Part shown: positions 1-9,736 of the stretch, in pieces
How the letters are laid out: every line of letters begins with the position of its first letter
How positions within the stretch are numbered: position 1 is the first letter of the stretch
DNA from: Granulicella sp.
GTDB lineage: Bacteria > Acidobacteriota > Terriglobia > Terriglobales > Acidobacteriaceae
Direction: 5' to 3'
NCBI GenBank assembly: GCA_027339965.1
Contig: DAHWNL010000017.1
Location: 1-39,260 of the forward strand
Length of the DNA: 39,260 nucleotides
Translations under genes and position numbers: made by a program
The notes under the pieces: generated by a model
Seen by the model: only the letters and a program-made list of their open reading frames with translations
What the model was told of the DNA's origin: nothing
The model's database searches: none

Positions 1-2
1 TC

Positions 3-860
3 TCCGCGGTGCAGGATATCGGCGGCGGCATCAAGACCGTGCTGGCGCAGATTCTGGCCGAGCAGTTCGGCGTTCCCCCCGGCCAGGTGGAGGTGAAGAT
101 CGGCGACACGAACTATCCGGTTGGCCCCAACTCCGGGGGCAGCGTCACCACCGCGTCCCTGACGCCCGCGGTGCGTGACGCCGCATGGCAGGCTGCACAG
201 AAGTTTCTGGCCAGCGTGGCGCCCGCGCTTGGGGTTGCGCCCAGCGACCTCGCTCTCAGCGCTGGCGTGGTGCGCAGCGCCTCGGGCAAGTTCCAGCCCA
301 TGGCCTTCCGCAGCGCCGCGGCGCGGATGGATACCGATCAGGTCTCGGCTCAGGCCAGGCGCATCCCGGACTACGCGCCCAAGAGCTATGACACCTATGG
401 CGGCGTCGACGTGGCTGAGGTGGCTGTGGACACAGAGACCGGGCGGATTCACGTCAAGCATGTGCTGGCGGTGCATGACTGCGGACGCCCGATGAACTCC
501 CGCCAGTTGGTCAGCCAGATCAACGGTGGCGTGATTCAAGGGCTCTCCTACGCGCTGTTTGAGAACCGGCTGCTGGATCCGAACTACGGAATCATGGTGA
601 ACCCCAACCTGGACATGTACAAGATCGCCGGGGCGCAAGAGATTCCCAAGATCGAGGTGCACGTGATCGAGTCCTACATCGGGCAGAGTTCAACCGACGC
701 CTCCGGCATCGGAGAGCCGGGCGGGATCATCGCCACGCCGGCGGCCATTGGAAACGCCTTTTACAACGCCACCGGGGTCCGTATCCGGCAGTTGCCCATG
801 ACGCCGGCCGTGGTCCTGGCGGCCCTGAACCAGCCCCTACCTCAAGCGGAGGCGCTATGA
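3..860 (+). CDS. Xanthine dehydrogenase / aldehyde oxidoreductase family molybdopterin-binding subunit (PaoC/YagR-like), 5'-truncated by window
   Basis: Motifs QDIGGGxKT, GDT...GGSxTT, VAVDTETG, VHDCGRxxN...QINGGVIQG and GIGE (catalytic Glu) followed by PAAIGNA..NATGVRIRQLPMTP. The frame is open from the window start. Confidence 0.92.
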   Translation, partial: SAVQDIGGGIKTVLAQILAEQFGVPPGQVEVKIGDTNYPVGPNSGGSVTTASLTPAVRDAAWQAAQKFLASVAPALGVAPSDLALSAGVVRSASGKFQPMAFRSAAARMDTDQVSAQARRIPDYAPKSYDTYGGVDVAEVAVDTETGRIHVKHVLAVHDCGRPMNSRQLVSQINGGVIQGLSYALFENRLLDPNYGIMVNPNLDMYKIAGAQEIPKIEVHVIESYIGQSSTDASGIGEPGGIIATPAAIGNAFYNATGVRIRQLPMTPAVVLAALNQPLPQAEAL

Positions 861-1858
861 ACTCCTTCTCTCTTGCCGACTGCACCTCTGTCGATGCCGC
901 GCTCGCGCAGTTGAAGAACGGCGCTGTCATCAAGGCCGGCGGCGTGGACCTTCTGGACCGCATGAAGAACGGAACGGACCAGCCGACGCGCCTGGTGAAC
1001 ATTCTCAACATCAAGGAACTGCGCGGAGTTCACGCCACGGATCAGGGGCTGACGATTGGCGCGCTCACCACCCTGGCGGAGATCGCCTCCGACCCGGTGA
1101 TCCGCGCGCAGTACACCATCCTCTCCGATGCCTGCGGGCACGCCGCCACGCCGCACATCCGCAACATGGCCACCGTGGGCGGCAACATCCTGCAGGGATT
1201 GCAGTGCTGGTACTTCCGCTCCGCTCAGTTCGAGTGCATTCGCAAGGGCAAGGACCAGTGCTTTGCCTTCTCCGGGCTCAACCAGTACCACGCCATCATG
1301 GACTACGGCGGATGCCCTTCCGTGGCTCCATCCTCCGCAGCCGTCGCTTTGCTCGCCCTGGACGCCGGCATCGAGCTTGTCTCGGCGTCGAAGGGGAGGC
1401 GCAGCGTGGCCATCAAAGACTTCTACATACAGCCCGATTCGAATCCGCACCGCTTCACGGTGAAGGAAGAAGACGAGATCCTCACTGCGGTTCACATCCC
1501 CCGGCCCAAGGCCGGAACGCGCTCCGCATATCAGAAGTACGGCGATAAGGAGAGCCATGACTGGGCCCTGGCCGACGCTGGAGTTGTGCTGGAGATGGAT
1601 GGCGCCGTCTGCCGCCGCGCCGTGGTGACCATGGGCGCGGCCTCACCCGTCGTCCGGCGCTCGGCTGAGGCGGAAGCCGAACTGACCGGCAAGCCCATCA
1701 CCATGGAGACGGCCAGAGCCGCCGGGCATGCTGCGATGAAAGGCGCGATGCCGCTCTCCATGAACGGCTACAAGGTGCAGTTGTTTCCAGTCGCGATCTA
1801 CAGAACCATTCTGCTGGCCGCCGGACAGATGGATCGGGACCCCAGTGCCGCCGGCTGA
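857..1858 (+). CDS. FAD-binding subunit of the same molybdoenzyme (PaoB/YagS-like) with 4-Cys [4Fe-4S] insert
   Basis: KAGGVDL, IGALTTL, IRNMATVGGNILQ, then CWYFR..C..K...C.....N.YHAI....C. ATGA overlap with the upstream gene. Confidence 0.92.
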   Translation: MNSFSLADCTSVDAALAQLKNGAVIKAGGVDLLDRMKNGTDQPTRLVNILNIKELRGVHATDQGLTIGALTTLAEIASDPVIRAQYTILSDACGHAATPHIRNMATVGGNILQGLQCWYFRSAQFECIRKGKDQCFAFSGLNQYHAIMDYGGCPSVAPSSAAVALLALDAGIELVSASKGRRSVAIKDFYIQPDSNPHRFTVKEEDEILTAVHIPRPKAGTRSAYQKYGDKESHDWALADAGVVLEMDGAVCRRAVVTMGAASPVVRRSAEAEAELTGKPITMETARAAGHAAMKGAMPLSMNGYKVQLFPVAIYRTILLAAGQMDRDPSAAG

Positions 1859-1913
1859 AGATCCGTCTGCCGAATGCTGATTCAACCCGCTCAGAAAGGA
1901 AGACGAACCGGAG

Positions 1914-2156
1914 ATGACACAGCCTGAAGCCAATCTCGCCCAGCCCTGCCGTTGCCTGCGCACGAAGAATCCCTACGGCTCTACGGCGCAGGACTCCGAA
2001 TCGTGGCTGCCCGGAGTCGCGACAAGTTCCAGTTACTGGTGCCTTTTGACGATGAGCCCAGCGGGCCCGGACGATCACTACGTCCATCTTTCCCGCTGCA
2101 TCCCGTCGCGAAGCTGCTACCTGGCGCAGACGGAGGAAAGCCCTCCGAATACTTGA
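1914..2156 (+). CDS. Small Cys-rich hypothetical protein (80 aa)
   Basis: Purine-rich sequence upstream of the ATG, 55 bp after the FAD subunit and on the same strand. Motif CxxLRxK...YWCxxT..PxGPD.......C...RSCY. Confidence 0.7.
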   Translation: MTQPEANLAQPCRCLRTKNPYGSTAQDSESWLPGVATSSSYWCLLTMSPAGPDDHYVHLSRCIPSRSCYLAQTEESPPNT

Positions 2157-2410
2157 GTCCAAAGCACCTTTGCCTGTTCTTCGCGACTGGGCTGTGTCGA
2201 CAGCGGCGAGGCGGGAGAGTCTGTCGCCGAGCAGAGCCTGCTGAAACTGCGTGAAAGCCGCAGCGAGGGAGCCGGAACCAGTTCGCCTAGTTCCAAGGTG
2301 AGGCCGCAGCAGGGAAACTTTCTACCCATTCAAGGCAGTTCCCTATGCAAAGAGTTGCGGCCACGGCTCATCCCAAGGGTAAATCAACTCGTGTTTCCAA
2401 TAGTTTGCAT

Positions 2411-2427
2411 TTGGCTCTTCAATTGCT
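2411..2427 (+). promoter_or_regulatory. Putative sigma-54 (-24/-12) promoter upstream of the PEP-CTERM gene
   Basis: TTGGCTCTTCAATTGCT has GG (2413-14) and GC (2425-26) exactly 10 nt apart, matching TGGC-N7-TTGCW. It lies in an AT-richer intergenic stretch with an IHF-like AATCAA at about 2382. Confidence 0.6.
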
Positions 2428-2544
2428 TCAAGAGATATCGAGGTCAATTTGAGACAGCACTTGAGCTGGGGACTCGCCTGAGCGTTGCGCAGGATAGCCT
2501 CTCAGCCAACGAGACTTCAGGCATGGAAAGCCGGCACGGCTTGC

Positions 2545-2591
2545 CAGTGCGCCTGGAACCTTTGGTCAGTGCGCCTGGAACCTTTGGTCAG
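2545..2591. repeat. Perfect 22-bp tandem duplication (cagtgcgcctggaacctttggt x2 + cag)
   Basis: Read directly: 2545-2566 and 2567-2588 are identical. Confidence 0.95.
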
Positions 2592-2742
2592 ATTGCGCGC
2601 GGTACACCTCAAGATGGGTTTCCGAGTCCAGCCGCTCCATCAGGGCTGAGGGCGGAACCAAGTGGTTTTGAAGTTTGCTGGACCCCGGCTGGAGTGGCCT
2701 GGACGCTGGGCAAAAGAATCTCGGCAGCGGAGGCGAAAGACA

Positions 2743-3381
2743 ATGTTAAAGAAGCTGATTTATCTTTCAGGTTTGTGTCTGTTCCTTGTGGCGGCGGCAG
2801 GTGTAAGCCGGGCCGACTCGCTCTCCTTTACTCTCACTGAGGATGGCTGTTCGAGTGGATGCGGCGCTGGCCCGTACGGCACCATCACTCTGACCCAAAG
2901 CGGTTCGAATGTCGACGTCACCGAGACGTTGGCCAGCGGCTATTTCTACGTGAACACGGGCGCCGGCAACCCGCTGGCGTTCAATCTGAACACGGTGGCT
3001 ACGCCCACGGATGTACAGAGCGCCACTTACTTTGAGGCTGGAGGCAGCGCGAGCGCCTCAACGTTCGGCAGCTTCACGAACTCGATTGGATGCACGTCCA
3101 ATTGCGGACATGGCGGAAGCAACTCCCTCAACATTCCGCAGACGCTCAGCTTCGTCGTGGATGGCGTGGATATCTCCAACTTTGTCGCCAATGGCAATGG
3201 CAATTACTTTGCTACGGACATCGGAGAGGAAGGGTCGAGTGGCTCCATCATCGCCACCGGCAATGTAGGAGCTCCCGGGAACACGACGCTTGCGATGGCT
3301 CCCGAGCCGACGTCGCTGCTGCTGCTGGGCACAGGGCTGTTGGCGCTGGCGGCTACGGTGAAGATGAAGATGTCGATTTAA
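2743..3381 (+). CDS. PEP-CTERM sorting-domain secreted protein
   Basis: GGAGG RBS, signal peptide MLKKLIYLSGLCLFLVAAAGVSRA-D, G/S/T/N-rich body, and C-terminal APEPTSLLLLGTGLLALAATVKMK (PEP + TM + basic). Confidence 0.9.
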   Translation: MLKKLIYLSGLCLFLVAAAGVSRADSLSFTLTEDGCSSGCGAGPYGTITLTQSGSNVDVTETLASGYFYVNTGAGNPLAFNLNTVATPTDVQSATYFEAGGSASASTFGSFTNSIGCTSNCGHGGSNSLNIPQTLSFVVDGVDISNFVANGNGNYFATDIGEEGSSGSIIATGNVGAPGNTTLAMAPEPTSLLLLGTGLLALAATVKMKMSI

Positions 3382-3493
3382 AGCATTTTCAGTGTTGATG
3401 GGTGTCCCGAAGAGGGCCTACAGTAGCGTTTTCATTGGGGAAAACGCTCCCGGAAGCCGAGGCATTGGGTATACCTGCACTGAAACTGCTTTA
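3379..3493 (-). mobile_element. MITE-like interspersed repeat, copy 1 (115 bp, inverted relative to copies 2 and 3)
   Basis: Ends TAAAGCATTTTCAGTG / CACTGAAACTGCTTTA (15/16 inverted match); the core aligns with 12784-12899 and 20062-20177. Confidence 0.8.
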
Positions 3494-3550
3494 GCGGTCT
3501 TCCAGATGCCTGCGGGGCGGACGATGCCCTTGCACGAAGTCCAGTACCTT

Positions 3551-3586
3551 TGATGCCATCTCTGCTGCCGCGCGGAGATGGCATCA
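3551..3586. terminator. 12-bp stem-loop, probable terminator between convergent genes
   Basis: tgatgccatctc / gagatggcatca, followed by ctattgttt on the + strand. Confidence 0.55.
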
Positions 3587-3929
3587 CTATTGTTTGCAGC
3601 CACGCTATGCCCGTAGCTGAACGTCGAAGGGCTGCTCAACCTGGCAGGAGTTGGAGGAAGCACAGGTTTTCTTCAAGCTGCTCCCAGGCATTGGCCTGGT
3701 CCCTCTTTTCTGAGAGGTGCGCTGCGCCGGGAGCGGAGCTGCTGCCGCGTCCGGCAGCCGCCGCAAAGGATTCTCCGGCACGGTTCGGTCTCCTGGCCGG
3801 CTGGCCGCGAGAGCAAGGAAAAGTCTGGAGAAGCGGCGTGAGCATCTCGCCGCTCCACATCTCCAAGGGGCGAGATGTAGAGGCCCGTGAGCGTCGAAGC
3901 GTCTCGTGACGCCTGCGCGGAAGACGGCT

Positions 3930-5507
3930 TCACGCGGTCGACTCGGCGGCGGCTTCCGCGTGAATCTGATGCAGCGGTTTGCGCATAATCAGCGCCAGCG
4001 GCGAGACCAGCAGAAAGAGCCAGGCCAGGAGATAAAAGGCGTCGATATCGCTCATCAGCGCCGCCTGCTGTTGCAGCGTGGCGTAGATGGAGCCGAGGGA
4101 CCGATGCACGGAGTCCGCTACGCCCGTGCCCTGACGGCTGAGGTAGGCCGCGGTTCCCTGCTGCATCTGTTGCAGCCAGGGGCTGGAGGGCGCCAGGCTG
4201 CCGGAGAGCCGGGCTTGATGGAACTGCTGACGGCGCGCCGTCAGTGTGGTAACAAACGAGATGCCCATGCTGGAGCCGATGTTGCGCATCACGGCGTAGA
4301 GACTGGTGGCGTAGGCCATCTCTTCCTTGCGGATGGGATCCATGGCCAGGATGGTCAAGGGAAGAAAGATGAACGTCTGACCGACGCCTTGATTGATCTG
4401 CCGCCCCAGGATGTCCCAGGTGCCGGAGTCCAGGTTCATGTTCGCGTAGCCGAAGAAGGCCAGACTGCCAATCACACAGCCCACGAAGACCATCCACCGG
4501 GCATCCATCTGCCGGTCCACCAGGTAACCCACCAGTGGCATGCAGAAGGCCGTGGCCAGGCCGCGCGGGCTGGTCCAGAGTCCGGCGGTCTCCGCCGTCC
4601 AGCCCAGAAGCTCCTGCATGAAGAGCGGCAGCAGGATCAGGCTGCCGTAGAGCACGAAGCTGAGCACGACCACCACGACGATGCCCGCGGCGAAGTTTCG
4701 ATGCCGCAGCAGCGATAGCTTGACCAGCGGGTTCGCGGATCTGACCTCGCGTATGACAAAGGCGGAGAGCATGACGGCGGCCGTGACGGCCAGGGCGGTG
4801 ATGAGATGAGAGCCGAACCAGTCGTCCTCCTGGCCCTTGTCCAGCATAATCTGCAACGAGCCCATACCCAGAGCCAGCATCCCCATGCCCCAGGCATCAA
4901 AGCGCATCGATCCGCGCCGGATGTAATGCGGATCCGAGACGTAGAGAGAGATCAGTACCAGGCTGAGCAGGCCGACCGGCAGGTTGATGTAAAACACCCA
5001 GCGCCAGGTGAAGTTATCCGTAATCCAGCCGCCCAGCGTCGGACCCAGAACCGGGGCCGCGATGATGCCCATGGACCAGAAGGACATCGCCTTGCCACGC
5101 TCCCTGCCGGGAAACTCCTCCAACAGCACCGACTGCGAGATGGGTTGCAACCCGCCGCCGGTGAAGCCCTGCAGCACCCGGAAGAAGATGAGAAGGGGCA
5201 AACTGGGCGCCATGCCGCAGAGAGCGCTGGAGACGGTGAACCCGATGACCACGGTCAGCAGCAGCCGCTTGCGCCCAAAATAGTTTGAAAGCCATCCCGT
5301 AATGGGCAGAATGATGGCGTTGGCCACGATGTAGGAGGTCAAAACCCAGGTTGCCTCGTCCACTGACGAAGAGAGGCTGCCGGCGATGTGCGGCAGGCTG
5401 ACGTTCACCACCGTCGTATCCAGCACCTCCATGACCGCGCTGGTCATCACGGCGATGGCCACCAGCCAGCGCCTGGAGATGTGCGGCATTTTGACGGATG
5501 CGGCCAT
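3930..5507 (-). CDS. DHA2-family MFS efflux permease (EmrB/QacA subfamily)
   Basis: MEVLDTTVVNVSLPHIAG, WVLTSY, GWLSNYFGRKR, FRVLQG, GPTLGGWITDN..WRWVFYINLPVG, LQIMLDKGQEDDWF. AAGGAG RBS before the ATG at 5507. Confidence 0.93.
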   Translation of the reverse strand: MAASVKMPHISRRWLVAIAVMTSAVMEVLDTTVVNVSLPHIAGSLSSSVDEATWVLTSYIVANAIILPITGWLSNYFGRKRLLLTVVIGFTVSSALCGMAPSLPLLIFFRVLQGFTGGGLQPISQSVLLEEFPGRERGKAMSFWSMGIIAAPVLGPTLGGWITDNFTWRWVFYINLPVGLLSLVLISLYVSDPHYIRRGSMRFDAWGMGMLALGMGSLQIMLDKGQEDDWFGSHLITALAVTAAVMLSAFVIREVRSANPLVKLSLLRHRNFAAGIVVVVVLSFVLYGSLILLPLFMQELLGWTAETAGLWTSPRGLATAFCMPLVGYLVDRQMDARWMVFVGCVIGSLAFFGYANMNLDSGTWDILGRQINQGVGQTFIFLPLTILAMDPIRKEEMAYATSLYAVMRNIGSSMGISFVTTLTARRQQFHQARLSGSLAPSSPWLQQMQQGTAAYLSRQGTGVADSVHRSLGSIYATLQQQAALMSDIDAFYLLAWLFLLVSPLALIMRKPLHQIHAEAAAESTA

Positions 5508-5982
5508 GATGGAGCGCTCCTTCACCTCAGTCGGCGCGGGGCTGAGGTAACGACGGTTCGGGCGGCGGGAAAGTTTAGCCGCCGCCGCATGCCCGTGCGA
5601 CGGCTGTTCCGCAGAGTTGCTCCGCGGGAGGGCCGGGCAGCCGCACTGCCGGGATGAAGCGCGGAGCTGCTCATCGTCTCTCCCGTCCGCGGTCTCTGGT
5701 CCTCGGCTCACCTGTTTGGCCCGGCCGCGGCAGGGGCGCCGGCGCGGTCTCCGGCGGCATCGAGAGCGAGGCTCGCCGGCACCACGTAACCCACCCGCTG
5801 CGCAGGAATGGAAAGGATCTCCCGAGACAGCGTGTCAAGAATGTCATTAGACGGAACATTCAAGGGCAAAGCGTGAGCCACCCGCGTGTCCACAAGAACT
5901 TGGGCAGACCCGCCCACGCATCTTGCTGATCTGGTCTTGCTGATATGGGCGGAATCAGGGAGGATGGAAGAGTTGCCGGATC

Positions 5983-6798
5983 ATGCCCGAGTTGCCCGAG
6001 GTCGAGACCATTGCCAATGGAGTGAATGCGCGCGTGCGTGGCCGGCGCATCGAGCGGGTGTGGACCAGCGGGAAGCCGCAGACCTTCAAGTCCAGCCAGG
6101 CCGAGATCGCCCGTACCCTAACCGGAGCCCGCATCGAGCGGGTGCGGCGCGTGGGCAAGACCATCGTGATGGATCTGCGCGGAGCCGAAGCGCAGTCGGC
6201 GCAGTTCCTGGTCCACCTGGGTATGACCGGGAGGCTTCTGGTCGCGCAGCCTGAGGTTCCATGGCCAACCCATACCCATGCCGTACTCTCGCTCTCCGAT
6301 GGGCGCCAGGTGAGGTTCGTCGATCCACGGCGCTTCGGCAGGCTCTCCGTCCTGAGCGGCGCGGCCACCTATCAGGGGCCGGGAACGGAGCCCACGACCG
6401 TCTTGGTGGATGAGTTCGCGCAGCTCTTCCAAGGCAGGAGGCTAGCCATCAAGGCCGCTCTGCTGCATCAGTCGATTCTGCACGGAGTGGGGAACATCTA
6501 CGCCGACGAGAGCCTGTTCCGAGCGGGGATCCGCCCGCGTCGGCAGGCGGGACGGCTCAGCCGCACGCAACTGGGCAGGCTGCACGCGGCGCTGCAGGAG
6601 GTGCTGGCAGAGGCGATCCGGCTGGGCGGATCGTCTGTCTCCGACTACGTGGACGCGGATGGCGTCCAGGGATTCTTCCAGCTCCAGCACAAGGTCTACA
6701 GCCGGGCGGGCCAGCCCTGCCGCGAGTGCGCCACGGTGCTTAAGAAGATTGTGGTGGGCGGCCGCACCACTGTCTACTGCCCACGGTGCCAGCAGTAG
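5983..6798 (+). CDS. mutM: Formamidopyrimidine-DNA glycosylase (Fpg)
   Basis: N-terminal PELPEVET, HLGMTG, DPRRFG, GVGNIYADESLF and a C-terminal CxxC...CxxCQ zinc finger. Confidence 0.96.
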   Translation: MPELPEVETIANGVNARVRGRRIERVWTSGKPQTFKSSQAEIARTLTGARIERVRRVGKTIVMDLRGAEAQSAQFLVHLGMTGRLLVAQPEVPWPTHTHAVLSLSDGRQVRFVDPRRFGRLSVLSGAATYQGPGTEPTTVLVDEFAQLFQGRRLAIKAALLHQSILHGVGNIYADESLFRAGIRPRRQAGRLSRTQLGRLHAALQEVLAEAIRLGGSSVSDYVDADGVQGFFQLQHKVYSRAGQPCRECATVLKKIVVGGRTTVYCPRCQQ

Positions 6799-6816
6799 CG
6801 GCGTAGACTTGGAAGC

Positions 6817-7434
6817 ATGTTGCGCTGTGCGATCACCTGTGGAGAGGGTTGGACGGCGGTGGGGCAGGCCAGGCGTTGGGCCTCCGCCGGCGTGGAGTTT
6901 GTGCAACTGCGTGAAAAGCAGCTTGACGCGGAGGAACTGGGAAGGCTGGCCGGCGCCGTGGCCACGGTGGTGAGGAAGATCCGCGCCGGTCGAGATCATG
7001 AGCCTCTGGGCGGGACCAGGCTGCTGCTGAATGGTCCGGCGGAGCTGGCCGCACGGGCTGGATTGGACGGCGTGCATCTGACCGCGCGCGAGAATGAGGC
7101 GACGCCGGCCGAGATTCGGCGAAGATTCGCGCTGCTGGGCGCTCCGCCTCCGCTCGTGGGGGTCTCCTGCCATACGCTGGAGCAGGTGCGCCGGGCCGAC
7201 GATGGAGGCGCGGACCTGATCCTCTTCGGACCGGTCTTCGAGAAGCGCGTGGCTGGGGTGGTGGTGGCTTCGGGCGCAGGGTTGGGGCTGCTGCACGCAG
7301 CCTGCACCGCCGCCGCGGCGACGCCCGTGCTGGCGCTGGGCGGCGTCACCTGGACCAACGCCGCGAGATGCCTGGAGGCGGGAGCGGCGGGCGTGGCCGG
7401 AATCCGCCTGTTTGACGAAGACCAGGTGGCGTGA
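6817..7434 (+). CDS. thiE: Thiamine phosphate synthase / TenI family protein
   Basis: VQLREK, DGVHL, GVSCH, GAD.ILFGPVFEK, PVLALGGV, GAAGVAGI. May be TenI-like rather than a catalytic ThiE. Confidence 0.75.
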   Translation: MLRCAITCGEGWTAVGQARRWASAGVEFVQLREKQLDAEELGRLAGAVATVVRKIRAGRDHEPLGGTRLLLNGPAELAARAGLDGVHLTARENEATPAEIRRRFALLGAPPPLVGVSCHTLEQVRRADDGGADLILFGPVFEKRVAGVVVASGAGLGLLHAACTAAAATPVLALGGVTWTNAARCLEAGAAGVAGIRLFDEDQVA

Positions 7435-7516
7435 AGCGCGGAGTTGGAGCGGGCGAGAGTCAGCCGGCGTTCGGCAGCCGATTGACGGCGATGCGCGGGC
7501 ATCCTAGGGTTAAAGC

Positions 7517-8068
7517 ATGCTGATTACCCCCGCACAACTCATGGATGAGCCGCTGAAGCTGGACGAATCCTTCGCGGAAGATGCTCTGGATTATGCGCCG
7601 AACTTGCGGCAGATTGGCCCGCTGACCCTGCAGGGGCAGGCTGAACTGCTGGTGGAACACCGCGGGTCACGGGAGTTGGTGCAGGACATCCGGGTGCGCG
7701 CCGGCTACGCGGGCGAGTTCGAGCAGCTCTGTGCCCGCTGCCTGGAGCCGGTGCGACGACGGCTGGAGGGGAACTTTGACCTGATCTTCCGCCCCGTCGG
7801 CGCTGATGGCGGAGCTGGCGAGCACGCCATTACGGAAGATGAGGCCGAAATCGGTTATTATGAAGAGAGCGGCCTGCTGCTGGAGGACGCCGTCCGGGAA
7901 CAGGTGCTTCTGGCCCTGCCGGGGCGGGTGCTTTGCCAACAGGACTGCAAGGGCCTTTGTCCTCACTGCGGAGTCAACCGTAACCTTTCCACCTGTGAGT
8001 GCGTCGTTGAGCCAGCCAATCCGCGTTTCGCCGCGCTGGCCGGACTTTCGATCGCGCACAAGCGATGA
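7517..8068 (+). CDS. yceD: YceD / DUF177 family protein
   Basis: CARCLEP, REQVLLALP..LC..DCKGLCPHCG.N.N...C.C, NPRFAAL; canonical position upstream of rpmF. Confidence 0.9.
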   Translation: MLITPAQLMDEPLKLDESFAEDALDYAPNLRQIGPLTLQGQAELLVEHRGSRELVQDIRVRAGYAGEFEQLCARCLEPVRRRLEGNFDLIFRPVGADGGAGEHAITEDEAEIGYYEESGLLLEDAVREQVLLALPGRVLCQQDCKGLCPHCGVNRNLSTCECVVEPANPRFAALAGLSIAHKR

Positions 8069-8210
8069 GAGGGGTTCTTTGCCGTGCAGAATCTTTGCGG
8101 TGCAGGGTCCAGCGGCGGCGATGCGCCGTAGCGCCGTCACAAGCTCCTGGTTGTAAATGACTTCGGCCGCACCGCTTTGCGTTGGCTGGCCATTCAAGAA
8201 GAGGTTCACC

Positions 8211-8396
8211 ATGCCGAATCCAAAGCGCAGGCACTCCAAGCAGCGCACCGCCAAACGACGCAGCCATGACTTTCTAACGCCCACCGGCGTCTCCGACTGC
8301 CCCAACTGCGGAGAAAAGAAGCTTCCCCACCGCGCCTGCAAGAAGTGCGGCGAGTACAAGGGACGGGCTGTGGTGGCCACCAAGAACGCCGCCTGA
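8211..8396 (+). CDS. rpmF: 50S ribosomal protein L32 (Zn-binding form)
   Basis: [19 protein letters not shown]...CPNCG...[21 protein letters not shown]. Confidence 0.97.
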   Translation: MPNPKRRHSKQRTAKRRSHDFLTPTGVSDCPNCGEKKLPHRACKKCGEYKGRAVVATKNAA

Positions 8397-8651
8397 AGCC
8401 GATCTCCAGAGGCTGTTCTCCTGCGGCCACTCGCTCGATCCGTCCGGCTTGCAGGAGCCCGGCAGCCGGAAGCATCTCGACGGGAAGTTTTCGCCGCGCA
8501 GCTTGCCGGAGAAGGCAGACGCTGTCTGAAGCCCTGAGGGGCCTGCTTCCCGCGGTCTGCTTTACGCCACGCGGAAGGCGCTTTCCTTCAGGTCTTGCGC
8601 AGCCAAGCGAGCCGTCCAACCCAGTCAGGGAAGTTCGAGCCGAACCAAACC

Positions 8652-9698
8652 ATGCCGATCGACATCGCGCTGGATGCCATGGGATCTGACCGATCCCCCG
8701 AGCCGGAGATTCGCGGGGCGATACTGGCCTGCCGCCAGTTGGACGTCCGTGTTCACCTGGTGGGGCCGGAGGAGATGCTGCGCCCCAAGATGCGAGAGGC
8801 GCTGAAGAACTTAGCCCGGCCTCGTTTCGGGGTCGCTCCCCGGCCCCGGCTGCCCATCTTCATGGTGCAGGCCAGCGAGTGGATCAGCATGGAGGACAAG
8901 GCATCCCAGGCGGTGCGCTCCAAGCGCGATTCCTCCATGCGGGTTGGGTTGAAGATGGTGCGCGAGGGCCGCGCAGCGGGCTTTGTGACCGCCGGCAATA
9001 CCGGCGCGGCGATGGCCACCGGCAAGATGGTGCTGGGCAGCCTGACCGGGGTGGACCGTCCCGCCCTGACCGCGGTGCTGCCAACCAGTGCCGGCCAGCC
9101 GTGCGTGGTGCTGGATGTGGGCGCGAATGTGGACTGCGGTCCGGAGAATCTGGTGCAGTTTGCCATCATGGGGCAGATGTACGCCAAGGACGTGCTGCGC
9201 GTGGCGCATCCCCGGGTAGGCCTGCTCTCTATCGGCGAAGAGGACACCAAGGGCAACGCCCTGACCCATGCGACCCTGCCGCTGCTGCGCGCCGTGGCCG
9301 GCAAGCTGGGTATGAACTTCATCGGCAACGTGGAGGGGCGGGAGCTATACAACGGCCGCGCCGATGTGGTGGTGTGCGACGGGTTTGTGGGAAATGTGGC
9401 GCTTAAGGCCAGCGAGGGGCTGGCCAAGCTGGTGAACACCTCGCTGCGGGAGAGCTTGAAGTCAACGGTCACCTCGCAGGTGGGCGCGATGCTCTCCCAG
9501 CGGGCGTTCAAGGCCTTCAAGAGCCGGCTGGACTACTCCGAGTACGGCGGCGCTCCGCTGCTGGGATTGCGCGGGGTTTGCGTGGTGGGCCATGGCTCTT
9601 CTAATGACCGGGCAGTGATGAACGGGATCCGGGTGGCCGCGGAGTTCGCCAATGCATCCGTGAACGCGAGCCTTGAGGCAGCCCTGGCGGTGCGCTGA
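8652..9698 (+). CDS. plsX: Phosphate acyltransferase PlsX
   Basis: IALDAMGSD, AGNTGA, GVDRPAL, LDVGANVDC, GEEDTKGN, FIGNVEG, VCDGFVGNVALK, YGGAPLLG, HGSS; follows rpmF. Confidence 0.96.
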   Translation: MPIDIALDAMGSDRSPEPEIRGAILACRQLDVRVHLVGPEEMLRPKMREALKNLARPRFGVAPRPRLPIFMVQASEWISMEDKASQAVRSKRDSSMRVGLKMVREGRAAGFVTAGNTGAAMATGKMVLGSLTGVDRPALTAVLPTSAGQPCVVLDVGANVDCGPENLVQFAIMGQMYAKDVLRVAHPRVGLLSIGEEDTKGNALTHATLPLLRAVAGKLGMNFIGNVEGRELYNGRADVVVCDGFVGNVALKASEGLAKLVNTSLRESLKSTVTSQVGAMLSQRAFKAFKSRLDYSEYGGAPLLGLRGVCVVGHGSSNDRAVMNGIRVAAEFANASVNASLEAALAVR

Positions 9699-9736
9699 GG
9701 AGCTTGGGCCAGGGGTGAGATGCTGAGGCTGCGGCC

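Noticed and set aside
2531..2544. Second sigma-54 promoter (ccggcacggcttgc)
   Set aside because: GG-to-GC spacing is 8 nt rather than the required 10.
3605..3691. 28-codon minus-strand ORF MPGSSLKKTCASSNSCQVEQPFDVQLRA before the 3551-3586 hairpin
   Set aside because: No recognisable motif and only a weak RBS; indistinguishable from chance.
5671..5917. Short ORFs upstream of the MFS gene as a regulator or EmrA partner
   Set aside because: No HTH or membrane-fusion-protein features in any frame.
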